Source: an uncultured cyanobacterium (GTDB taxonomy: Bacteria; Cyanobacteriota; Cyanobacteriia; Cyanobacteriales; Nostocaceae). From it: a DNA stretch of 64,000 bases. Each line of letters opens with the position of its first letter. Position 1 is the stretch's first letter. The stretch covers positions 3,776,001-3,840,000 of the forward strand of contig OY970166.1 of the NCBI GenBank assembly GCA_963706595.1, given 5' to 3'. Positions 55,669 to 64,000 of the stretch are shown here, in pieces. A program made the translations under genes and the position numbers. A model generated the notes under the pieces. The model did no database searches, was not told the DNA's origin, and saw only the letters and a program-made list of their open reading frames with translations.

Positions 55669-56832
55669 TCAATAGCGGAAAATAGCTGCTACTGGTGCGT
55701 CATTTGGCATTTGTTCTGATTCAACCGTGTACACTTTCCCACCGTTGATAAATGTTTGAATAGCAGCCAAATCTAACATATCTTCATCATCTGGCTCAGG
55801 TTCTGAATGTACATCGACAGTCATTGCCTCTGGATCAAATTTACCCCAAATTTGCATATCTATTGGCACAAACATCGAGTCAACCCTTTGACAATAAGTA
55901 GCTGAGACAATTTCTTTAATATCACTAGAAGTTGTCCCAGTCCCAGATAGTTGCTGATAAAGTGCCATTGCTGACTGCTGATTTTCATCAAACAAAGGTT
56001 CCACAATAGGCCAAGCCTGTTTATGCAACTCTTCGGGCTTCGTCACTTCGGGATTACCCGTAATACCTGATTCAACAAAATGAGGATAAGTATTTGCCTC
56101 TTGGTAAATTGGGAACAGATACTCAACCCCTGCTAACACTAAAGGCGCATTGTCACCCCGGATTTTTTCGTGTACTGCCCTATCAATAATGTGACAAAAT
56201 TGTAAAATATCTGCTTGACGTTTATCTCTGTCAGGACTTCCCTGACCATGAACATCACCCGGCTGTTGAAACGAATTAGCAGTTCCCCCTCTAGGTGTAC
56301 CAATCCGATGCTGTACCCCTTTTTGAATATCATCCTCTAACAAAGCAGCATCCATACTTTGAGGCATATTTGCTACTTCCATCTCATTGAGACTGTAGCC
56401 CGTTCCCTCAAAAAACTTGATATCCTTTTGGCTAAGAGCTAACAGATAAAACTTGCCATCACTATTAATTAAATGCAGCAATGGCTTAAGATGGAAGCGG
56501 TGGCTCACAACTACCAGTTCTTGAAACGCCATGGGCAGACGGTAATAGCGAAACATTTGGGGAGAGATAAAAATTGCCAGTCCGTTATTTTGGTTTTGCC
56601 AGAAATCCGTTGTATCAAGTTCCTTCGCTGGTTGGAGAAAATCAATCGCCTCAGTGTGGCGCATCCCCATAGCATACAAACGTTCCTCAGCTTCACGGAT
56701 TAAGTTTTTAAACCGAATGGGGTTTTGGCGAATTTCCGGCCCAGCCTTTTGCGTATGCATATATAAAGAAACACAAGGGCTTTGGGAATTATCAACTAAA
56801 ATTTTGAGTTCATCATGGGATAATAGCATCAT
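55669..56832 (-). CDS. Bacterial archaeo-eukaryotic release factor-like (baeRF3/7) protein
   Basis: PCVSLYM, IRFKNL, GLAIF, FHLKPLL, PLVLAGV, AAIFRY pattern. Confidence 0.75.
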   Translation of the reverse strand: MMLLSHDELKILVDNSQSPCVSLYMHTQKAGPEIRQNPIRFKNLIREAEERLYAMGMRHTEAIDFLQPAKELDTTDFWQNQNNGLAIFISPQMFRYYRLPMAFQELVVVSHRFHLKPLLHLINSDGKFYLLALSQKDIKFFEGTGYSLNEMEVANMPQSMDAALLEDDIQKGVQHRIGTPRGGTANSFQQPGDVHGQGSPDRDKRQADILQFCHIIDRAVHEKIRGDNAPLVLAGVEYLFPIYQEANTYPHFVESGITGNPEVTKPEELHKQAWPIVEPLFDENQQSAMALYQQLSGTGTTSSDIKEIVSATYCQRVDSMFVPIDMQIWGKFDPEAMTVDVHSEPEPDDEDMLDLAAIQTFINGGKVYTVESEQMPNDAPVAAIFRY

Positions 56833-57107
56833 ATTATTGAACTCCTATCAATTAAAATTAAACAAGCTAACTTCATTGCACAGCAGGTTTAATTTAATTT
56901 CATCTTGCTTTTGATAAGAAACTACCTGCTATATACACCATTCTTTAGATAGATAAACCAGTGCTTCTAAATATGAATAGCTGCTAATTTTTCTATAATA
57001 AATAGCCCCCTGTCCCTGATGAAGGTTGGAGGTGACATGGGCTATGGTGATTTCAAAACCATGAAAATTTTTCAACTTGACTGAAAATAGCGGATGAAGC
57101 GGAACAA

Positions 57108-57761
57108 TTAAGATATATCAGTATGAGTTCGTTCTCTGTGAATATCTGTGCCATTTTGTGGCTGCATCACAAAACTTAAAGATGCTCGTTTCATAATCCA
57201 ATACAAACTTAGCAGAATCACAAAGGTGAGAGCAATAATTACTAAAGGCTGTCTACCAAGTAACTCCTCGATACCTGTAGTTAGTAAAGCATCAGGTTGA
57301 GTCACGAAATCCCAACTGTTGAAACGTAAGAACCTACCCCAGTACACACCAACCGCACAAAGCGCATGGGTAATCATTTCAGCCACTAAAATCCATTGAC
57401 TTTTACCTATGCGGTGTAAATAGTAACCTAAATTAATTAAAGATATGACGTAAGCTTCAAAGCCAGCCAAAATTACTACTAGATAAATCGGAATTAGCAC
57501 TAAGGTAATCATCCATACAGATTGAATCCGACGGATATCTTCTATAAAGTGAATTACATCAGTCAATAAATAAGGTGCATTCGGTAGAAATGCCAAGAAA
57601 ACCAGGAATCCTAGCCACCAAACCCCAGAACGTTGGCGTTTAATGCGAAATAACCAAACACTCAAAGCTAAAGGGATAAAAGCCAAAAATAAATTCCAAG
57701 TCATCCAACGCATATTAAAGCGTAAAATTTGTAAAAATGTAGCGATCAATTCCTCTTTCAT
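57108..57761 (-). CDS. DUF1361-family membrane protein
   Basis: WNLFLAFIP, FLPNAPYLLTD, GRFLRFNSWD. Confidence 0.88.
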   Translation of the reverse strand: MKEELIATFLQILRFNMRWMTWNLFLAFIPLALSVWLFRIKRQRSGVWWLGFLVFLAFLPNAPYLLTDVIHFIEDIRRIQSVWMITLVLIPIYLVVILAGFEAYVISLINLGYYLHRIGKSQWILVAEMITHALCAVGVYWGRFLRFNSWDFVTQPDALLTTGIEELLGRQPLVIIALTFVILLSLYWIMKRASLSFVMQPQNGTDIHRERTHTDIS

Positions 57762-58200
57762 AGTTGCTGACTCACAGGACTAAAAAGGATAATGGTTGAC
57801 TATGTAAATTTGACGCTAAAACCGTGCAAAAGGTTACTACTATTTTTTGTAGATTTAGACCAATTGACTATTATAGCGGGAAAATCAATAAAGCAAGTTC
57901 TCAGCAGGTTTTTCCACCACTGAGAACTGATGCTAGAAATTCTAAATTCCAGATTGTACACGCCATAAACTGGCATACATCCCATCAAACTCTAGTAAGT
58001 CCTCATGCTGACCCTGTTCCAGAATTTGACCATGATCTATCAAATCAATATAATGACTGTGGCGAATTTTGGAAAGACGGTGTGCGGTAAGCGTATCGCT
58101 AAAGCGTTTACGTACTATGCCGTAGGCTTTACGCGGTAGCGTGCCGGAGGCTCTAGCTATGCCGTTAGGCTTATCGCTATGGTAGTCAGAATCATTGTTA

Positions 58201-61200
58201 TTAGTTTGACCATTTTTGGTTAAGCAAAACGGTTTTCGGTTTAGGCATCAATTGTTTGCCAAATTTGGCGTAGAGAGCCGGAATAACCAATAAAGTCAAA
58301 GCTGTAGAAGTAAATAAACCGCCCAAAACTACAATTGCTAAGGGTTGCAGAATTTCATTTCCAGCCCCACTGGCGATCGCCAAAGGCAGCATCCCTAGTG
58401 CGGAAGTGAGTGCAGTCATCAGAATAGCATTAACTCGTTCTAGAGAACCGTTAACAATCACATCTTTGAGGGGCATTCCCTGAGCAAACTTATTGTTATA
58501 GTTGTCTACCAACAACAAGCCATTGCGGACAGCAACACCAAATAGGGTAATAAATCCAATCAAAGAAGCGATCGACATCACACCGCCACTCAAGGCAATG
58601 GAGATAATACCACCCACCAACGCCAAAGGCAGATTAAGCATGATGGCGATTGTCGCGGAGAGCGATTTAACGGAGAAGAACATCAACACCGCAATGGCGA
58701 TCGCTGCCAAAATACTAAATACCAGTAGATTATTAGTAGCACGCTGCTCCGATTCAAACTGTCCACCGTACTGGATGAAGTAGCCATTGGGGAGTTTGAT
58801 TTTCTGTTGAATTTGGGATTGAATATCGCCGACGACACTGCCCAAATCACGCTCGGCCACGTTTGCCGAAACAACAATCAGCCGTGATACATCTTCCCGA
58901 TTTACAACATTCGCCCCCATACCGTATTCTACTTTCGCAACCACACCCAATTGGATAGTTTGCCCAGTTGGGGTAGTGATGGGAATAGCGCGAATGGCAT
59001 CTAAACTATTGCGGGCTTTCTCCGTCAAAGAGATAGAAATATCAATAAGCTGCTGATTTTCTGCCACTTGCGATACTACACGACCATTTAAAGCAGTTTC
59101 CACCACATTTGATAACTGCTCCATACTCAATCCATAGGTAGCGGCGGCTGGGCGATCTAATGAATTTGTACCTGACGAATGGGCAGTTGGGGTTCAAGCT
59201 GCAAATCTACAACCCCAGCAATGGGCTGAATCACATCTCGCACTTGTTCGCCAATCTTTCGCAGTTCAATTAAATCAGGGCCAAAGATTTTCACAGCGAT
59301 CGCACTTCTCACCCCCGACAGCACTTCATCCATACGGTGAGAAATAAATCCACCAATGTTAGATGCTACACCAGGCAGTTTATTGAACTCTTGCCGCAAT
59401 TGTTTAATACTGGCTTCCCGGTCTTCGAGGGCGCGATCGCTCAATTCTACGTCCACATGAGCCATACTCACTCCCGCCCCATCTGCATCTCCTGGAGTGC
59501 GTCCTGCCCGTATCTGCACCCACTCATACAAAGGATTATCTTGAAGCGCACTAGACAGTGCTATCCCAGCCCGATTGGTCATATCAAGGGAAACACCCGG
59601 AAATAAAACCATTGAATTGACCAATGATTTCTCCTGAAATTCGGGCAGAAACACCCGTCCCAGGGAGGGAATAATCGCAAAAGCCGCAACCAAGGCTGCA
59701 AGTGCTACACCCAGAATGATTTGAGGCGATCGCAGCGACAGATTTAACAATGGACGATATAACCGTTCTGCCCAACGGGAGATAAATGTACCTTCTTGCG
59801 GTAGGGTTTGATTTGCCAGCAGAATGGCACACAAGGCAGGCGAAAGGGTCATAGCCACCAAAGTAGACGCACAGATTGAGAGCAAATATGCAAAACCCAT
59901 CGGTGCAAAAATATTGCCCTCAACACCCGTCAAACTAAAAATTGGTGCAAACACGACCACAATAATCACCGTGGAAAAAATCACGGCTAACCGCACCTGT
60001 ACAGAGGTTTCATACACCACCTCGAAAGGATGCTTCAGATTGCCTTGCGCCTGATTGGTTCGCAGTCCGCGATAGCAGTTTTCCATGTCCACGATTGAGT
60101 CATCCACAACTGAACCAATGGCTACGACTAAACCGCCCAAGGTCATGGTATTAATGCCCAAGCCAAAAGCTTTCATGAACATTAAGCCAATCAACAGTGA
60201 CAGAGGAATTGCACTGAGAGTAATTACAGCAGTACGCCAATTCATCAGAAATAACAGCATAATCACCGATACGATGATGATGCCTTGAATTAGGGAACTG
60301 CTGACATTGGCAATGGCAGTATCAATAAAGTTAGACTGTCGGAATGTTCGCGCCACTTGCACATCAGAGGGAAATGTGTCCTGCAAAGATTGCAGCATCG
60401 CTTCTACTGCTTTTGTCACCGTGGGAGTATCAACATCAGGCTGTTTGTTAATCATCATCACCACAGCCGGCTGACCATTAAAACTAGCATCTCCCCGCTT
60501 CAGTGCTGCACCCGTTTTGACTTCCGCCACATCTTTGAGTAAAATCGGTTTCCCATCTTGCACCTTCACCACAGATTGCTGCAAGTCTGCAATTGATTTC
60601 ACCTGTCCAATACCGCGTACTAACAGTTCTTGACCACCACCAATGAGAAATCCACCAGGAGCGTTAGAATTTGCGCTTTTAGCAGCATTAGTCACTTCGG
60701 TCAGGGAAACATTAAGCGATCGCAATTTTTCTGGATCAACTAGCACCTGTTCCTGTCGTTCATCCCCACCGTAAACAGTAACTTGGGTAACTCCCGGCAC
60801 AGATAAAATTTGGTTGCTCAGGGTGCTATCAACAAGACGACGCAAATCCATCAGCGAGGTTTTTCCCTGCCCATTCACAGTAAAGGCATACTGTAAAATC
60901 GTACCCAAGGGCGATGCTAACGGTGAAATTTCCGGTGGATGCACCCCTTCAGGTAACTGATTTGTCACCTGCTGGAGTCGTTCTGTCACTGATTGCCGGG
61001 CTTTATAAATGTCGGCTTCCTGGTCAAACACCACCTGCACCATCGACAGCCCAACTTTGGAGGAAGATCGTACCGTAGTCACCCCCGGCAAACCATTCAC
61101 CGCGCTTTCAATCGGCACAGTAATTTGTGATTCCACTTCCTCTGGTGCTAGTCCAGTCGCTTCGGTGTGAATATCCACTTGGGGGGGCGCAAATTCAGGA

Positions 61201-61328
61201 AAAACGTCCAGTGGCATTTGTGTGACAGTGAAGACTCCCCAAACCGTCACTAAAATCGCACAGATAACTATAAACCAACGTTGGGCAATTGAGTTTTTGA
61301 GAATCTGATTCAGAATGGAACTCAACAT
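58201..61328 (-). pseudogene. CusA/CzcA-family heavy-metal RND permease (NrsA-like) split by a 1-bp deletion at about 59157
   Basis: 723-aa and 309-aa halves; CAT TA(-) GAT CGC CCA restores QVQIHYDRPAAATYGLSME. Confidence 0.85.
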
Positions 61329-61353
61329 TTCAATTAAAAATCTCCTTTCTTAT

Positions 61354-61444
61354 AGGACTTACGCAATAACTCTCCGAAACTCTTATTTCTCTGTGTCATC
61401 TGCGCCTCTGCGGTTCGTTAGATAATTTATTTCTTGGAAGTCCC
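61354..61444. mobile_element. MITE-like repeat between the adaptor and RND genes
   Basis: AGGACTTACGCA...GGAAGTCCC termini; relative at 42615. Confidence 0.6.
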
Positions 61445-62122
61445 TTATTCAGATAAATCGCTTTTCTTTTTACCCATACCTACAACAACAGCGATCGCTC
61501 CACCCACAAGCACAACTCCACCACCGACTCCTGCTAAAATACCCATCGGCAATCCACCACTTGCTTGCTGAGTTGTTTCACCAGCCTGTGAGACGAGATT
61601 ACCGCTTGCATCATGGCTATGAGGTATTCCTTGAGCATCTGCCTGAGCATGGGCTGTATCAGTTTTAGGAGTGGCGATCGCATCTGGACTGGGTGCTGTA
61701 TCGGCGGTTTGAGTTTTACGCGATTCGGCATAGAGCGACAAACTACCTTGGGTAACAAGTTTTTCCCCAACTGACAATCCTTTGGTAATAGCGATTAATT
61801 CGCCTTTGGTCTCACCTGTGCTAACTTCCACTGGCTCATAAAAATTCTCATACTGCACAAAGACTAGCTGCTTGCCATCAGCATCAACCAATGCCGTCAC
61901 CGGAATCATCACAGCAGATCCACCATCCGCAGAGGAGGCGATCGGCGTTACCACAATACCTAATAGTTCATCGGTTTGGGAATTGACTTTCACCCGATCA
62001 ATGCCGCCCGTTGCTTGAAATTCATCACCATGCCCAACGTGAGCAAATACAACTGTGGGCGCACTGATAATTAAACTGGCTGCCAGAATGGAACTCATTA
62101 GCATAAAAGGTTTCATAATCAC
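61445..62122 (-). CDS. Short periplasmic adaptor-like metal efflux protein (NrsB-like)
   Basis: Signal peptide, HVGHGDEF, MFP C-terminal motif GLSVGEKLVTQG, HSH, C-terminal TM segment. Confidence 0.8.
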   Translation of the reverse strand: MIMKPFMLMSSILAASLIISAPTVVFAHVGHGDEFQATGGIDRVKVNSQTDELLGIVVTPIASSADGGSAVMIPVTALVDADGKQLVFVQYENFYEPVEVSTGETKGELIAITKGLSVGEKLVTQGSLSLYAESRKTQTADTAPSPDAIATPKTDTAHAQADAQGIPHSHDASGNLVSQAGETTQQASGGLPMGILAGVGGGVVLVGGAIAVVVGMGKKKSDLSE

Positions 62123-62179
62123 TCCTCACAATGGATAGGGGGTTAAACAAAAGTTCTCCATAGTTTGCCAAAGGTCAGA

Positions 62180-62196
62180 TGAAATCCAGGTGAAAT
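62180..62196. promoter_or_regulatory. Putative NrsR/RppA binding direct repeat
   Basis: TGAAAT-N5-TGAAAT (ATTTCA on the minus strand, 11-bp period), similar to the GA(A/T)TTTCA repeats of the Synechocystis nrs promoter. Confidence 0.55.
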
Positions 62197-62217
62197 GGCA
62201 AAAGTTTTTGTAAGATC

Positions 62218-62369
62218 ACGTGAGTTCGACAAATTTAAAAAACCCCTCTCCAAACCTCTCCCCTGCAAGGAGAGAGGCTTCAAAGCCTTTATTTAGTGTT
62301 GAGTTTTAGAAATATTTAAGCCCCTCTCCGCGTCGGAGAGGGGTTGGGGAGAGGTTATCGAACTCACGT
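62218..62369. mobile_element. MITE with 12-bp TIR ACGTGAGTTCGA in the divergent promoter region
   Basis: Perfect TIRs and internal CCTCTCC..GGAGAG hairpins. Confidence 0.85.
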
Positions 62370-62403
62370 TAAAATCAAGCTCGTGGTTGATTTCCCTGAA
62401 GTG

Positions 62404-63099
62404 ATGCGAATTTTACTGGTGGAAGATGAAGCAGATTTGGGACTGGCAATTAAGCAAGTCCTAATTAGCGAAAGATATGTTGTGGATTGGGTGACAGATG
62501 GCACTGAAGCATGGCTGTGCTTGGAAAGCCAGTGGACAGACTACACAGTTGCTATTGTTGATTGGCTACTGCCGGAAATGTCGGGATTACAGTTATGTCA
62601 GAAGCTCAGACTACACCAAAATCCTTTACCAGTGCTGATGCTGACTGCTTTAGGGCAGCCGGAAAATCGTGTAGCAGGGCTGGATGCGGGGGCTGATGAT
62701 TATTTAGTCAAACCGTTTGTAATGGAAGAATTGCTGGCACGGTTGCGGGCGCTTCAAAGGCGATCGCCTCAACTACAATCATCTACTCTGACTGTTGCAG
62801 GTTTTACTCTGGATACAGCAAATAATGTCCTTCAAGTAAATTCCGATGGATCTACACCCTTAGTCATTCCCTTAACCACCAAAGAATTTCAGCTGCTCAT
62901 GTATTTGATGCAGAACCCCAATCGCATCATTCCCGGTAGTAAATTGCGTCATCAACTTTGGGATATGGATGAAGAGCCGATTAGTAATGTAGTTGCGGCG
63001 CAAATGCGCTTATTACGTCGCAAGTTAGCAAATCATGGCTGTCTCTGCCCGATTGAAACTGTTCCTGGTGCTGGCTATCGCTTTACAGCACTCAGGTAA
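62404..63099 (+). CDS. rppA: OmpR-family response regulator RppA/NrsR
   Basis: MRILLVEDE, DWLLP, KPF, SNVVAAQMRLLRRKL, IETVPGAGYRF. Confidence 0.85.
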   Translation: MRILLVEDEADLGLAIKQVLISERYVVDWVTDGTEAWLCLESQWTDYTVAIVDWLLPEMSGLQLCQKLRLHQNPLPVLMLTALGQPENRVAGLDAGADDYLVKPFVMEELLARLRALQRRSPQLQSSTLTVAGFTLDTANNVLQVNSDGSTPLVIPLTTKEFQLLMYLMQNPNRIIPGSKLRHQLWDMDEEPISNVVAAQMRLLRRKLANHGCLCPIETVPGAGYRFTALR

Positions 63100-63194
63100 A
63101 TGAACTACATTCTCACATCACGCAAAGGCGCAAAGGCGCAAAGGAAGAAGAAAGAATATATATTGCTGTGGTCTAAATAGTATGAAAACTGCTG
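63086..63194. mobile_element. MITE (CAGCA...TGCTG, TA duplication) inserted in the 3' end of rppA
   Basis: TA at 63084-5 and 63195-6; removal restores an ATGA overlap with rppB. Confidence 0.75.
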
Positions 63195-63215
63195 TAATTC
63201 TCAAGTTGAATTCTC

Positions 63216-64000
63216 ATGAATAGCTACTCTCTTTTTCGGCGCAGTCGTCTACGGTTAGCCCTCTGGTATGCGGGAGTTATGGGTGTGATTTTGAGTGTTT
63301 CTGGCTTGGGGATGTATCGCGCAATGGTACAAACAAAGTGGGCAGGAATGGAGCGCGAAATTGAATCAATTGCTGGAACTTTACACGATAGCGTTGAACC
63401 ACTGTTACCGCCTTCTGAAGAACCGACTGCGGTTTTGCAACAAATTTTTCCCGATCTTTGTGTAAGTGGACAACCTTGTAAGGCTACCCCAACGCTGATT
63501 CAACGGCACACTATCGGTATCAGCGATCGCACTACATATTATATTCGTCTGTTCAATCATCAAGGGAAACTCCTGGCTTTTTCACCCAATCAACCGTTAT
63601 CTCTGCCGCCAACTCTCAACCGCAGTTCATGGCAAACTTTTCGCACTGCTAAAGGCATTCGCTATCACCAATTCACTACAATTTTGCATAGTGCCAATGC
63701 TGATTCATCCTGGGGCTATTTGCAAATTGGCCGCACTTTAGAACATTTTGATGGGGAAATCAGGCGGATTCGATGGATTATGGCGATTGGGTTGCCTATT
63801 GCTCTGAGTTTGGTCGTTACTTCCAGTTGGTGGCTTTCAGGATTAGCCATGCAGCCGATTTATCAGTCCTATCAGCAACAGCAACAGTTTACTGCAAATG
63901 CTGCCCATGAATTGCGATCGCCTCTGGCTAGTCTGTTGGCGACTGTGGAAGCTATTCTCCGTATACCGCAATCCAATCAACAAGATATACAAATCATGCT
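63216..64000 (+). CDS. rppB: Sensor histidine kinase RppB/NrsS (partial; runs off the window end)
   Basis: LFRRSRLRLALWYAGVMG...IESIAGTLHD...FTANAAHELRSPL. Confidence 0.88.
   Translation, partial: MNSYSLFRRSRLRLALWYAGVMGVILSVSGLGMYRAMVQTKWAGMEREIESIAGTLHDSVEPLLPPSEEPTAVLQQIFPDLCVSGQPCKATPTLIQRHTIGISDRTTYYIRLFNHQGKLLAFSPNQPLSLPPTLNRSSWQTFRTAKGIRYHQFTTILHSANADSSWGYLQIGRTLEHFDGEIRRIRWIMAIGLPIALSLVVTSSWWLSGLAMQPIYQSYQQQQQFTANAAHELRSPLASLLATVEAILRIPQSNQQDIQIM

Noticed and set aside
57824..58090. 88-aa ORF
   Set aside because: No recognisable motif, GTG start, and it ends at a nest of SDR-like repeats; cannot be supported.
62344..62403. Extended N-terminus of RppA in the ORF track
   Set aside because: The upstream start lies inside the MITE; the receiver domain begins at ATG 62404.

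Overview
Chromosomal window from a heterocyst-forming (Nostocales-type) cyanobacterium, inferred from abundant HIP1 GCGATCGC sites, heptamer STRR repeats, and apcD and pmgA. The backbone is housekeeping: groESL with CIRCE and K-box, asnS, pmgA, rlmD, apcD, purL/purF, apt, FHA-PBP1A, lspA, a pst operon, a phosphoglucomutase, a P-type ATPase and recF. Superimposed on it is heavy small-element activity and gene decay. An intact TnpB-only IS200/IS605 element has an exactly reconstructable empty site and guide, and it has rewritten a host gene's C-terminus. A collapsed IS607 remnant sits at the edge of a fossil scytonemin locus (scyA fragments plus a reduced two-component system). A deleted pstS remnant precedes a complete pstSCAB, two antitoxins have lost their toxins, and bioY and the nrsA-like RND gene are frameshifted. 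There are also 21-nt in-frame mini-insertions, a tandem repeat inside recF, and a nested MITE stack with five tandem 105-106 bp copies. The best candidate for an undescribed system is a stand-alone Schlafen/AlbA_2-NACHT protein with a compositionally anomalous, repeat-derived segment in its putative sensor region. No rRNA, tRNA or CRISPR array was seen. Family assignments come from motif recognition and recall, not from database searches.
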